From Eledone cirrhosa (lineage: Eukaryota): a stretch of DNA of 64,000 nt. The position numbers were made by a program, and so were the translations under genes. The notes beneath the pieces are model-generated. The model saw nothing but the letters and a program-made list of their open reading frames with translations. It did no database searches and was not told where the DNA came from. This document shows positions 42,220 to 56,400 of this stretch, in pieces (the stretch's first letter is position 1; each line of letters starts with the position of its first letter). The stretch spans positions 376,960,001 to 377,024,000 of the forward strand of contig OZ024740.1 in assembly GCA_964016885.1 (NCBI GenBank), in the 5' to 3' direction.

Positions 42220-43034
42220 AGAGATCCACAGACATGGAACTGGTTGAGAAGAGGAGACCTTAAAAAGGCTACAGAAGGAATGCTAATGGCTGCGCAAGAG
42301 CAGGCCCTCAAAACGAAGTGGCTGAAACACCATATTTACAAGGAGGAGGCTAGCCCACTGTGTAGGATCTGTGGAGAGAGAGAGGAGACTGTGGCTCACA
42401 TTGTATCCGAGTGTAAACACCTAGCCCAGACTCACTATAAAGGCTGGAGACATGATGTGATGGGCAGGGTGATCCACTGGCACATATGCAAAGTAAACAA
42501 TTTACCACATTCTGAAAAGTGGTATGAGCATAAGCCAGAGTCTGTGATGGAAAACGATCAGGTGAAGGTGCTGTGGGATTTTAGGATACAGACGGACAAG
42601 AAACTGGAACACAATAGACCTGACCTGGTGGTTTTGGACAAGGAAAAAAGATCGTGCCTGATTGTGGATGTAGCCTGCCCATTCGACACGAGAGTGCAAG
42701 AGAAGGGGAGGGAGAAAATTAACCGATACCAGGACTTAAAGTGGGCGGTAAAAAGGATTTGGAACTGCCATGAAGTCAAAGTGATCCCGATTGTCATAGG
42801 TGCACTAGGTACTATCTCAAAGAGTTTCCAAGGATGGTTAAAAAAAATTGGTCCTGCCCCGCTTTTTGGAATACTTCAAAAGGTATGCTTGCTGGGAACA
42901 GCAAGAACCCTCCGATACGTCCTGAATATCTGAGGCTGCAGGTAGTGGCTTGATATTCATTTCAACAAACTTTCCAGTTAAATAACATCAATGATTGAGA
43001 CTAAAAGAATAATAGTAATAATAATAATAATAAT
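42220..43034 (+). mobile_element. 5'-truncated R4/Dong family 2 copy (zinc finger + RLE)
   Basis: Near-identical to 46637-47444; (TAA)n on both sides. Confidence 0.92.
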
Positions 43035-43223
43035 ACCTCCTGTTAAGACAGAGGGATAGTAGTATTCCCACTAAGTGAGGAAGGTATCAAAAGATATAAA
43101 TAGACTGATTTGGTGACCCGGTCAGAAGCAACAACAACACCAAAAACATTATTGCTGCTGTACCTCTAAAACTCTCTCCAAGGGTTTAGTTTAAACGATG
43201 TCAAATCTAAACTATAATATAAT

Positions 43224-43603
43224 AATTGTTTCTACGTTAGGCCAGCAAATACCCAGTGCATTACTGGTACTTTATTTTATCGATCCCGTAAGGATGAAAG
43301 GCAAAGTTAACCTTGGCGGGATTTGAACGCAGAATGGCAAGGGCCGTAACTCTATACATCAAAGCATGGCGTCCGACCCTCTACCAATACTGCCAATCCA
43401 ATAATAATAATTGTGTCTATTTTTTTTTTGGCGCAGGGCCGGCAATTGCCCAGTGCATTGCTGGTGCTTTGTTTTATCGACCCCGTATAATATAATAATA
43501 ATAATAATTGTTGCTACTTTTGGCACAAGGCCAGCAAGTGCCCAGTGCATTGCTGGTGCTTTGTCGACCCCGTGTGGATGGAGGGCAAAGTTAACCGCGG
43601 CTG
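43224..43603 (-). mobile_element. Cluster of one full and two partial SINEs separated by (TAA)n
   Basis: Three family matches. Confidence 0.8.
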
Positions 43604-43824
43604 ATAATAATAATAATGATAAGCAACAAGTCGAAACAAATTTCAAAAGTATTGAACGCAACAGCCCTACTTCTCATGAAGCTAAAATCAAAAAATCAAA
43701 AATCAAACAGCACAACAGCAACGAAAAACGTAAAGAAAAAAAAAAAAACTAAGTCAGACATTCAATGAAACTTATGTTTATTTTTTTAAAGTTTTTACCT
43801 ATTTATTTGTTTATTTATTTATGT

Positions 43825-46800
43825 TCGTCTACAGCGTGATAGTCCCACGCTAAAATCACCGGGGTGATCAAATCACTGGTGGTGATGCAATCACCGGTGG
43901 TTATGTAACCATACATTCACCAATCCTCGATATGAGTGATTAAATGTCGAACCTAAACAGTTCGAATAACGGTGAAGTGGAGACTGGAATGTCATGTGAC
44001 AGACTCTCACCCAGCAGGTGCTCCCTGGCCCAGCAGCAGGGACCTGGCTGTCATCCAAATACTGCTGGTGTTGGAGGAAGAAGAAGAAGGAAAGGGACCA
44101 GAACCAACTGGACGAAAAAATTGAATAGAACTGTTATGCAATGTTACCTGAAGAGTAACCCCAATGAGAAAGGCTATAGGAAACGGATGGATAACATCTG
44201 GAACGAGATTGGTCTATTTAAATTAGATGAACAAAAATTGGCTGGGCAGGCTTGGGTAATAAGAACTAGTGGGTGGATAAGCGAGCTGGAACTGGAGGAA
44301 CTGAGTAGAGAGATTAGGTTGGAAATGGAGAGTGGAGTATGCCAGGCAAACGAACCAGTGGGAAATGAAGGTGAAGAGGTTGAGAGAACGGAGGAAGCAT
44401 CCGAAGCAGACAATGATCTGAATGCTGAAATAAATAACACCTGGAACAAAGATACAGCCATTGAGGAGATGAATGCTGACGGGCTAGGACAAGATTTAGT
44501 TGATATCCTAAACTTAGTGGTAGATGAAATGAACAATGATAGTGGGAAACCTATGAACCTAAGATTTGTAGACAGGAAAAAGTTAAAAGAAAGAACAGCT
44601 AAGGTAAACACAGTCATCCTATACCTTGAGGCGAGGAACCTTCAACAGTGCAACAATATCCTCAAAGCAACAGCAAATGCGGTGAGGAAATTACTTGGCA
44701 TAAAAGCGAGAGGAAACAACAAACAAAAAAGATCAGAACCTTGGTGGAAGAAACGACTGAATGGTCAAATCAGAGAAATGAGAAATGACATTGGAAAGCT
44801 GCAAAACATAGACACTAAAAATAGACTGGAAATAAAGTATAAAATTAGGAGGAAAAAGCTAAATATTATCATAGAGGAACTGAAGCAACGCATTGTGACA
44901 AAGAGTGCAAAGATTAGGCGATACGAGAGCAGAGTCAGTCAGTATAGACAGAACCGCATGTTTGACAACAACCAGAAGATGTTGTTTGGACAGCTTGAAG
45001 GAAAAGAAAGAGGCAACGACTTGATCCCTGAGGCGGAACAAACTAAAACATTCTGGAGAGGAATATGGGAGCAGGATGTTAAACATAATGATCAGGTAGT
45101 GTGGATTGAGACACTACAAAAGGAGATTAGTGAACAGACACACCAACAAACTGATTTGAGTATCACAGTTGAAACTCTTAAGGGGCAGGCCAGAAAGCTA
45201 ACCAACTGGAAATCACCAGGCCCAGATGGTGTGCATGGGGTATTGGATTAAAAATATAACATCCCTCCACCTGAAATTGACAACCATGTTCAATGACTGC
45301 TTGATGTCAGGTGATATACCAGAGTGGTTGACAAAAGGTACCACAGTTCTGGTGATGAAAGACCGAATCAAGGGTAATGATGCTACCAACTATAGACCTA
45401 TCACAAGTCTGTCCGTAATGTGGAAACTGTTAACAAGCATTGTGTCTGAGGAAATCTACCATCACCTCCACATAAACAACTTGTTACCGGACGAACAGAA
45501 AGGATGCCGAAAGAAGTCCCGTGGTACAAAGGACCAGTTACTTATTGATAAGATGGTAATGAGGAATTGCAGGAGGAGACACACTGGTCGTGCCATGGGA
45601 TGGATAGACTACAAAAAAGGATTCGACATGGTACCTCATTCTCGGATAACCAAAAGCCTAGAGATCTTCAAGGTGGTAGATAACTTCAGACAGTTGTTGA
45701 GCAAAAGTATGAAGTCCTGGAAAACAGAGTTAACATCGGGCGGAGAATCCTTGGGAAGCGTGAAGATCAAGAGAGGTATCTTCCAGGGAGATAGTTTGTC
45801 CCCTCTGTTGTTTGTCCTTACCCTGATCCCCCTGGCCATTATACTGCGAAAAGTGAGAGCAGGATACAAGTTGAGAAAGGGAATAGAGCTTACCATCAAT
45901 CACCTCCTCTTCATGGACGATCTTAAGCTCTTCGGGAAGGGTGAGAAGGAGTTGGATGTGCTTGTTGACACTGTCCGTATTTTCAGCAATGATATATGTA
46001 AGCAATTTGGTATTAGTAAGTGTGGAGTCCTTGTGATGAAGTGGGGTAAATTGAGCAGAAGCAACGGAATACAGGTAGCAACAGGTGAGATAATAAAGGA
46101 AATTGATACTGAAGAAGGATACAAATATTTAGGTGTTCTTGGAGGCTGATGACATCAAGCACAACAAAATGAAGGAATTGATAAGATCTGAATACATTCG
46201 GAGAATGAGGAGCGTATTAAAATCACATCTGAACAGTAGGAATGCCATAAGTGCAGTAAATTCCCGAGCTGTGTCTATTATTAGGTACAGTGCGGGAATT
46301 CTGAGATGGAATGTTGCTGAACAAAAAGAAATGGATAGGAAGACTAGGAAGCTATTGACTATCTACAACATGTCCCACAAGAGGAGTGATGTCGATAGAC
46401 TCTACTTAAGGAGATCTGAAGGTGGAAGAGGTCTTATCAGCATAGTGGAGTGTGTTCAGATGGAGAAAAACAACCTACACAAATACGTGACTGATAGTAG
46501 GGAGCCAATGCTCAGAATTGTACTGAAGGAGAGGACAATAGACCAGGGGATGTCCAAGGAGGAAATAACAAGAAGGAGAAAGAGCAGCCTTCATGAAAAA
46601 TCCCTTCATAGTACCTTCTTTGAGAAAACTGAATTTAGAGATCCACAGACATGGAACTGGTTGAAAAGAGGAGACCTTAAAAAGGCTACAGAAGGAATGT
46701 TAATGGCTGCGCAAGAGCAGGCCCTCAAAACTAAGTGGCTGAAACACCATATTTACAAGGAGGAGGCTAGCCCACTGTGTAGGATCTGTGGAGAGAGAGA

Positions 46801-47444
46801 GGAGACTGTGGCTCACATTGTATCCGAGTGTAAACACCTAGCCCAGACTCACTATAAAGGCTGGAGACATGATGTGATAGGCAGGGTGATCCACTGGCAC
46901 CTATGCAAAGTAAACAATTTACCACATTCTGAGAAGTGGTATGAGCATAAGCCAGAGTCGGTGATAGAAAACGATCAGCTGAAGGTGCTGTGGGATTTTA
47001 GGATACAGACGGACAAGAAACTGGAACACAATAGACCTGACCTGGTGGTTTTGGACAAGGAAAAAAGATCGTACCTGATTGTGGATGTAGCCTGCCCATT
47101 CGACACGAGAGTGCAAAAGAAGGAGAGGGAGAACATTAACCGATACCAGGACTTAAACTGGGAGGTAAAAAGGATTTGGAACTGCCATGAAGTCAAAGTG
47201 GTCCCGATTGTCATAGGTACACTAGGTACTATTTCAAAGAGTTTCCAAGGAAGGTTAAAAAAATTTGGTCCCGCCCCGCTTTTTGGAACACTTCAAAAGG
47301 TATGCTTGCTGGGAACAGCAAGAACCCTCCGATACGTCCTGAATATCTGAGGCTGCAGGTAGTGGCTTGATATTCATTTCAACAAACTTTCCAATTAAAT
47401 AACATCAATGACTGAGACTCAAAGAACAATAATAATAATAATAA
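43825..47444 (+). mobile_element. R4/Dong-clade retrotransposon, family 2, near full length
   Basis: ORFs 43944..45251, 45226..46149 and 46133..47350 joined by two frameshifts; EPWWKKRL, EQKGC, GIFQGDSLSP, LFMDD, CRIC..H..C, RHD, RPDL..VDVACP; (TAA)n tail. Confidence 0.93.
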
Positions 47445-47836
47445 TTGTTTCTACTTTAGGCACAAGACCAGCAATTACCCAGTGCATTACTGGTACTTTA
47501 TTTTATCGACCCCGTAAGGATGAAAGGCAAAGTCAACCTCGGCGATAATAATTGTTTATACTTTTGGCACAAGGCCAGCAAATACCCCAGTGCATTAGTG
47601 GTACTTTATTTTATAATAATCGTTTCTACTATAGGCACAAGGTCAGCAATTTTGGAGGAGTGGAAAGTCGATTAAATAAGTACCAGTGCGTGACTGGTAC
47701 TTTATTTTATCGACTCCGTAAGGATGAAAGGCAAAGTTAACCTTGGTGGGATTTGAACTCAGATCATAAAGGGCCGTAACTCTATGCTTCAAAGCATGGT
47801 GTCCGACCCTCTATCGATACTGCCACTCCACCGCCC
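47443..47836 (-). mobile_element. Cluster of three SINE copies in the Dong tail
   Basis: Family matches separated by short TAA repeats. Confidence 0.8.
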
Positions 47837-48714
47837 TCAATGTTAATAATAATAATAGGAGTGTGTGTGTGAGAGAGAGAGAGTGTTTGTCTGTGTGTGT
47901 ATGTGTGCGTGGGTACTTGTGGAAAATATTTCTGCGATATAACGATATGTCAGCGTGGTTGTCTGCTGTTTACTGTTGTTACATATGGGCTGGAATTCTT
48001 CGAACTGTGCTGTTGTTTAAGAGCCGCATATTTAATATCTTTCAACTCCATTTTTTTCTTTCGATTTATTGTTGATATTTTAGTTAATATTGAGTTTTCC
48101 GCATATTTTGCCTGTGTAACTTATTAAGTTACAACTCTCTCATATAAATTTTGTTTTGCAGTTTTACGTCAACACTTCAACTCCACACGGTTGGATCACA
48201 CGTCGTTTTCGTGAAAATTGTTTCGTGAAAATTAGTTACGCGGGTGATGTAGTGATATACAATTATGTTGTAAGAATATAAGTGATTCAGAAATTTATGA
48301 TTAACCAAGCAAGTTCATGCTGTTAACATTACAAATTATGTTATGATGCTATTCCATGTTCTCTGTTCATCTCTCAAAACATTTTTTGTGTTAATCTTAA
48401 AGTAAGATATCTTATGTTACTTAATCCATGACAACATAATGAATTCCTTTTTTTACTTTTGATTCTTTGTTGGTTTTCTTTTTTTTTCCTATCTTAGGTT
48501 TTGTTTTAATTGTAAACTCTTTATGTCGTGTTGTGACTGTTTTCCAATTAGTTGGATTTTTCGCACGTGGTTCCTGTGTTAAGAAAAATTGTAAATGGCA
48601 GAGACAGTCCATACATAAAATATATATTTTGTAGAGTTCGTTGGTTCTTGTTTCACATATTTTTCTTCGTTTTCTGGCTATATTTACTATTGTTTTATGT
48701 GGATGTATATACGT

Positions 48715-48850
48715 TAGAATGTCGGATAGAATGCGTTATAGTATTCGTAACGACTCTCTGCTCTCTGAGTTCAAATCCCGCCGAGGTCAACTTTGCCTTT
48801 CATCCTTTCGAGGTCGATAAAAAAAGTACCAGTTTAGTACTGGAGGGTCG
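48715..48850 (+). mobile_element. Older Meta-core-like SINE
   Basis: GTTCAAATCCCGCCGAGGTCAACTTTGCCTTTCATCCTTTCGAGGTCGATAAA. Confidence 0.75.
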
Positions 48851-51380
48851 ATTCTTCCGCTATATCTCTTTCTCGTGTCCTCTCTCTCACTTTCTATCTT
48901 TCTCTGGAAGAAATCTGCTATACCCAGGATTGGAGAGCGATGGGCTCCGCTAGGTTTAAAATGCCCAAGAAACGCCGTATGTCAATACGGCGCCTCTACG
49001 TCCCTATCAGGAGGTACGGGACCATACATACAACATATACAGGATGCCCCCAAAATATACTCACATTTACTCATTAATCATGTTTCTAACTCAATAAGCA
49101 CTCTATTAAAGAATGTGTGTGTATATATATATATATATATATACAAAGAGGAAACAACCTCTATACATACACACAGAGAGGAAGAGAGAGAGAGAGAAAG
49201 AGAGAGGGGGAGAGTGAGATAGAGAGAGGGAGAGGGAGAGAGAGAGCAAGATAAATAGATAGATACATTTCGATGTTTAGAGAAGTTGTTTCCTCTTCGC
49301 TTACGTCAGTTAGAAAGAACGATGATGATGAAGATGTTGTCGATGACAACGACGACAACAACAATATAGAAGAGGAGGTGAAGTATATGAGGAGAACACT
49401 CCTTTTGCTTACAAATCAAAACTACTTCCAAGTAACAGCAGTTAGTCCGAAAATAAGGCGAACGTGTTGAAGTGTCTAATAAATTGAGATAAGGAAACAT
49501 AGATTTGCTTTTATCTAAATAATATATAAAATGCTTATGTCCATGACTACGTATTGCGTATTACTAGTTCAAGTTGAAATTAAAAGTACAATACATTGTC
49601 TGAAAGTCAGAACAATTTCTTCGAGTGGCCAATCCATTCAATAACTACAGAAAACACAGGTCAGGTTTTGTATTCATAGACTGAATTTCGATAACTAATA
49701 CAACTTCGATCTTTTACCAAACTATGCTTCTATCTCTTAACAAATAGTCTACACTGGAATATCATTATTTCAGAATTGAACTCTATGAACGGCATTGCTT
49801 CTGCTAGTTTTATATTATTTTATTTTGTCTCATTAATTTCTGTATTAAAAATATCCCTCAAATTGTACGAAATAGATATTACAATCCTTGCCATACGATA
49901 CGCGATATCGATAGTACTTTTCACGTAGAGTGTTATATCACAGGGGATTAGTTTGAATAGCGAATCCCCATGATTCTTATATGGACTTCTATTCTCTAAT
50001 TACAATGCTAACATTTAAAAAGGATTAAAGAATTTCCTTGCCGTTACGATCATTATATTAGTTACATAGTAATCAAGGAATGAGAGACAAATATAATGCT
50101 ATTGGCACGTGCAAGTTGATCGTTGATTTTGTTCTATCCATAACTTCGATTGGTTTTGTTCAAAGGCAGTTACATAATGTCAGAGTGCAAATAATGGAAG
50201 AGAATATCAATCTCAACGGTGTAAAACAATTCAGATGTATATGGAACATTGATATCTTTCATAACACATAACCTGTGGCGGTTGTAGTTGAATCATTATA
50301 GAAAATTATTTTTACAGTTTGAATATATCCCGTTCCGAACTTATTTAACGGTGGTATAGTAGTTCATTTCTAAAAGTGTTAGTAATTTACCTATAGGAAA
50401 TTATCCAGCTTTCTCAGAACAATTTCTCTTTATAAATCTCCTTACAATATTTCTAAATCATTGTTTTGTCAATTTCAAAGACGTGGAGTTTGTTCAAACG
50501 AAGAGTATTAATACAAAATTGCAGAAGTGACAATTTTTAACTGGTTTAATACTCATATGAGAATATTCAAAATGCTTTCATACCGAACACGCTATATAAA
50601 AGCTAGCGTAATTTCGCAGTCTTTGGCTTTGTGTATAGCGATAAATTCATTCCTGTGTACATATATGTGTTTGTGTATGTATGTGTGTGTTTGTGTGTGT
50701 ATGTATATGTGTGCGTGTGTGCGTGTATATATGTGTGTATGCCTGCATTAGTATATATTAGCTTGACCCATGGGAGTTTCTCCGGTTGTTAACAACTAGC
50801 ATAATAAATTACTTTGACATATATTTGTACAATCACTCGTAATGTTGTTATGGAATAGATGAGAAAGAAAATGGAATTATTTTATATTACCTCAACGCCT
50901 AATAATTAATAACACTATAATCATTGCTTGGTTATAACAGTATAACTATTACATCATTGTATCCTTGAATCAGTGATTATCATTATCGTAATTTCGATCA
51001 TTACTTTTTATATATGTTTATATGATATTTTTCCTTATTGCGGCGAATTTTTAGGGTCGATAGAGCATTGGATTAAATGCTTGATATTTGTTCCGTCTCA
51101 GTTCTCTGAGTTCAAATCCTGCTAAGGGCAACTTTGTCTTTCATCGTTGAAAGACAGGGAGACGATATAAAAAGGAATGTACACAACAGTATTGGACGAT
51201 TGTGAAACTGAAAAAAGTACTTGGTTGAAAGTAGACTAAGAGGTTGCTAATATTGGAATCAAAATAAATCCATGAAATGCAAACATGTATATAATAAAAC
51301 TAGACATGCTGTTAGTATTCTTTTACGCCGATTTCCACATTATAGACGGAGTTTCTTCTTTTGGTAAATGAATATGACAT

Positions 51381-51561
51381 AATTGTTTCTACTTTTGGCA
51401 CAAGGCCAGCAAATACTCAGTACATTACTGGTACTTTATTTTATCGACCCCGTAAGGATGAAAGGCAAAGTTAACCTCGGCGGGATTTGAACTCAGACCC
51501 TAAAGGGACGTAACTATGCTGGAAAGCATGGCGTCCGACCCTCTACCGATACTCCCAATCC
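51381..51561 (-). mobile_element. tRNA-derived SINE (Meta-core-like)
   Basis: Family match. Confidence 0.88.
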
Positions 51562-51879
51562 ATAATATAAGCGAATATGACACCAGTTTACTATTTACAC
51601 TGTGTAAAACTTCTACAGACGACAAATATACAGGGAGGTGTCTCTTTTGGAACGCTCAAGGTTTTGGATTTTTTTCTCTTTAATACATTCAAACGTGACC
51701 TGTTATATGACTTCTGTTCCCCGAGAAGCATAGCAAGTCAATAACACCAGTAACGTTTTTGCGCTGATAATTAAACTCGCTTTCATTATGTTGTCATAAC
51801 ATTACTGCTCGAAGTGTGAAGCAGTTTAATCATTATCAAAATTGTTGCTATTCATCTAGTTGTTCAATAGGAAGGAAAA

Positions 51880-54330
51880 TTCCTATGACTTTGCAAGAAA
51901 TACCACCGGAATAATAATTCTTCACACTACAACAACAGCGACAGTCAAGAAATTACCATCACTGAGGTCATCGACACTTCAAACAATATCACAACTCTCG
52001 TCACAGACTTGACAGGATCATTATCACATGAAGAACTTAAACTCCTCGGCCTTGGCCCAAAATTTATATTAACTCAGCGACTAGAAGACAGGATGAAACT
52101 AAATCTTGAAGCCAGCTTTTGCCAAGCTGCCTACCAACTCAAATGGCTCTCAATAATAAACAACGCTACTGACAACAACACTACTACTGCGATGAACAAC
52201 ACTAAATTTCCTATATACCACTTTGGCCACCTACTCTCTCCACCGCCTATCAACCGAGAGCTTGACCTAAAAAAGTCCAGACCTAAGCAGTCTATTTTTA
52301 GCATATTACTGAAACATAAGAAGGTACTCCCTAACCTCTTCAGGAAAGAGCACCTCATTCTAAACAACATGCTAGAGAAGGACCTTGTATACCTCCCTTC
52401 CGATAAAGGGAAAGAATTTTGCCTCATCTCGAGGGACACATAGAACAGTTTGGCATATGAGCACCTTAACAATGGTGAACTATATACAGAAATGACAGAC
52501 ATAGCTGCATCCCAGATTGAAGATCACATGAACACCACATAGACGGATATCTACAGACGTAGACAACTCCCCAACAAATATAAAAACAACCACACCACCA
52601 GAAACAGCAGACTATCAACGTTCTACCACCTCATTAAAACCCACAATGCCATTGTTAATATACAGATTATACCAATTGTCTCGAGTATAGAAGGACCCCT
52701 CTATAAAATCTCTTGGTTCCTCTCCCAGATCTTTTTCTGGAAGTCATACAAAGATTACATCAACTACAACCTAACCAACTTAAACTCAAAAGATATGCCT
52801 TTAGCCTCGACGTTGTCTCCCTCTACACGACAGTACCCGCTCATCCAGCGGTCAACCTAGTGACTGACTGCATCATTTCATACAACATATACTGCTTCGA
52901 CCTCACTCTACAAGACATACATCAGCTTCTATCCGTCATCGTAGAAAATACATACTTCACTTTCCACTACCACACATACAAACAAATAACAGGCCTATCC
53001 ATGGGGTCCAGTCTTTCAAGCTTTCTATCCATCACCTATATGAACCAACTGGAACGTCGAGCTCTCAACACCTGTGTTTTATTCACCCGCTACATAGATG
53101 ATATACTCATCTTCACATCATCCGTGAAGAGGCCGACATATCTACAGCATATATATTCAAACACAGGTAACAATATACGAACACCCCGATAAAAATGGTT
53201 CCTTGTCTCTGCTGGACTTCCAACTTAGAGTGACAGAAGAAGGGGCTATACACACCAACTTCTATAGGAAAGCTGTCAGCAGAGGCCTGTTTGTGCATTA
53301 TAGATCAGCCCTTGCCCTTGGCGATAAAACCGGATGCATAACAAACGAACTTACGCGTATCCAGAATAAATGTAGCAAGACAGAGGACCAGATCACTCAC
53401 ACTGCACACGTCATAGATGTACTGAAGACGAACGGATACCCCAAATCCACAGTGAATCGACTTAAGAATCGAAGGCGGCTCAGGCATAAGACCTCCTCTA
53501 ACACCTGCTTCATGAAATTACCACACTTCAGCGAAAGCATAACCGCAGAACTATCCGCAAAGAAGGACTGGACATACAATTAGCACACTCCGGCCCTTCA
53601 CTGCGTGGATACCTGTCCAAAAAGCAATCGAGGAACAGCAACAATCAATGCTCGCTGACTAACTGCCCTATCCGCGATACAGGTATGTTCTAGCGGACAT
53701 ATGTGGTATACCGGATTGAATGCAACAAATGTAACGAGTTCTATATTGGTAGCACGACTCGTGCACTCCACACTCACATTAAAGAACACCTCGACACACA
53801 CGCATCCTTATTCAAAAAACTTATTGACAAATGTAGAAATAACACCAAACATATTTCCGTTACTATTGAAGCCAGTGATAGAAATGTGGGCAACTTAGAA
53901 TTAAGGAAGTCTTGCTCATACGTAAACTCAACCTGCAAATAAATAATAGATTAGAACTCAGCACACAATACTTAACATAAAAAGACACATCCAGGGGTAC
54001 ACAATCTAAACTTCTCATAGAAAAAAGAAAATTGATTCCGTGAAATACTATATTGGCAATAAATGTCATTCTCGTGAAGAGCGAAATAACCCTATAAAAC
54101 GCTTGAAAACAACTTAGAAAAAATTTTAATCAAAATTTAATCCCAAAGAGAGGAAATTGGAAAGTTCCTTAAACCCTAAAGAAGGGACTTTTAGGTCCCG
54201 AAATATTGAACAGAAAAAAGAAGAACAACAACAAAAACAAAACAAAGATTACCAAGTAACTTACTTTTCATTACCTCATCTTACAGTCCATTTTGCATTG
54301 TTTAGTCTTCTATCACTTTCAACGTTATGT
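51880..54330 (+). mobile_element. Degraded Penelope-like element (RT + C-terminal GIY-YIG)
   Basis: LLGLGPKF, LPSDKG, SLDVVSLYT, GLSMGSSLS, RYIDD, FYRK, VYRIECNKC..YIGSTTR..HIKEH; many stops. Confidence 0.85.
54172..54210 (+). ncRNA. Hammerhead relic at PLE 3' end (G5 mutated)
   Basis: CTAAAGA-A-GGGAC-TTTTAG-GTCCC-GAAA-TATT. Confidence 0.55.
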
Positions 54331-54740
54331 ATTATACACAATGATTCAAGCAAACTACAACATTTTATTATATATATATATATATCAAAGTACGGTACAC
54401 ATTCCTTTGGAAAACATTCACAAAGGTTTGTACAAGTTATAATACTTTATTAATAGGTATGCCAGAATTAAGTTGTTGAAATTGTCCAGAAATTGATAAT
54501 ATAATACAGAGTATATCAAACATAGCATAGTGGAGAGATATAAAATATACAAGTACGACTGAAAGAATTATGTTCAACAATATGTAATCGTGTTCATATT
54601 TTAGCTAATTAACTTTTTATGTGTCAGAAACGTATGAATAAATTTTACGCGAATTACATTTGTTAAATAATTTTTTTTTAAATATATATTTCATTCAAAT
54701 CATAAATTTCCCTTTAGCAGAATATTTACATGAACTCAAT

Positions 54741-54925
54741 ATGTGGATTGGCAGTATCGGTAGAGGGTTGGACGCCATGCTTTCCAGCATAGTTACGTCC
54801 CTTTACGATCTGAGTTCAAATCCCGCTGAGGTTGACTTTGCCTTTCATCCTTACGGGGTCGATAAAATAAAGTACCAGTAATGAACTGGGTAATTGCTGG
54901 CCTTGTGCCTAAAGTAGAAACAAAT
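54741..54925 (+). mobile_element. tRNA-derived SINE (Meta-core-like)
   Basis: Complete family copy. Confidence 0.88.
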
Positions 54926-56089
54926 ATTAATGTTGTCTCGATTACTCATGTAAGGTTTTACTACAAATATTGTTAGGATAGTACTGGAATAGAAAGGAAA
55001 TGATAGAACATTAAATTAAATGCTTTATATCATACAGTTGTATTTCAAATTCAAATCATTTCGAGGTAATCTTTGATTTCGATGTCTACAATCCCAATAG
55101 AGTACCAGGCTTGTAGTGTAGCCGATTCCACCGAATAACCAAACACGTAATGGTTTGTATTATTGTAAGAAATCGATTTTGTTTCTTTCGTGCACTTTAG
55201 TGTAGTGTGAGTAGATTCAGTCATAGTAGGAAGATATATCTGTAAAGTGCCATTTATCAGTATGTTAAGCCTTTCATGCCAAGTCATTCTGTCTCCCCAG
55301 CAACCGAGCAAATGATATGAATATACAAGACAAGCGCTAACTCATGCTATGTTGCTGTTGTGTAACCCCATGATGATGATGATGATTCATTGTATGATGT
55401 TATAGTGCAAACCCATGGTGATGATGATTATTCGGCAGTAAGTTTCTAACGAATTGATATGGCCCAAACTTTCAAATTCTCTTAACTAGTAATGTTTAGT
55501 TTACGTTAGTGTTGGCATATTATATTCAGTGTATTAGAAATTAGAAATTATTATGAGGCGACAAAACAAGAATATTATTGAATTGTATAGTTTTTAAATA
55601 TATTATTGTAATTATTTCGGCAAGTACAGAATATAGCACTGGAAGTGGTTCAGTTGTATTATGGTCTCATTAACAAAGTGGAGACGATATTGTACGAGCC
55701 AAATGTATGATTCTATTTACAGATAGTTGATGGAACAAATTATTATTGTGCTTTCATATTCCACAAGAATATCCAGTGATGACGACAAGCAACTTAAAGT
55801 AGATTCGATTGTTTATCTAAATTTTAGCTTCGACACTAGTTGATGACCTTGTCATTTTACCTGCACCGCTTGAATACAGGAAATTCAAATGAATTCCCTA
55901 TTCTGAAGTGGCACCTGAGATTCGACATTCTTCGGCAATAACCTTGTTGAATCGGCGTGATAGCCATTATAACAATATGTTGTATACAACAAAGGAGGAT
56001 TGTACATGAATTGTGTGACAGAGCTAAGTAAACGTGGTTGCAAGAAATTGACATTCGTCGATCTCGCCAATGAGTGTTCCAGTTGTTCA

Positions 56090-56400
56090 ATCATCGAAAT
56101 AGCTTGTTTGCCAAACTAACATGCAAGTGGTTGAGCATTCCACATATATGTGTACCCTTAATATAATTCTCAGATAAATCAAACACGATACATTGTGTGA
56201 CAAGGCTAGACCTTCATTTACAGGCACAGTCCATCCAACGGATTTCCAAGCAATTTCTGTCTAGAAACTGTCCACTCACAAGGTCTGGGTGGGCCCGTGA
56301 TTATACTAAATAACACTTGCTCAAGATGTCCCTTAGTAGAATTGAACTCAGGACCTAATGATTCCGAAGCGAACTTCTTAAGCATTTGGCTATGACTGTG
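56090..56400 (-). mobile_element. Degenerate CORE-like SINE fragments
   Basis: Minus-strand GAGTTCAATTC B box and CTTGAGCAAGTG core; left part resembles 21670-21790. Confidence 0.55.
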
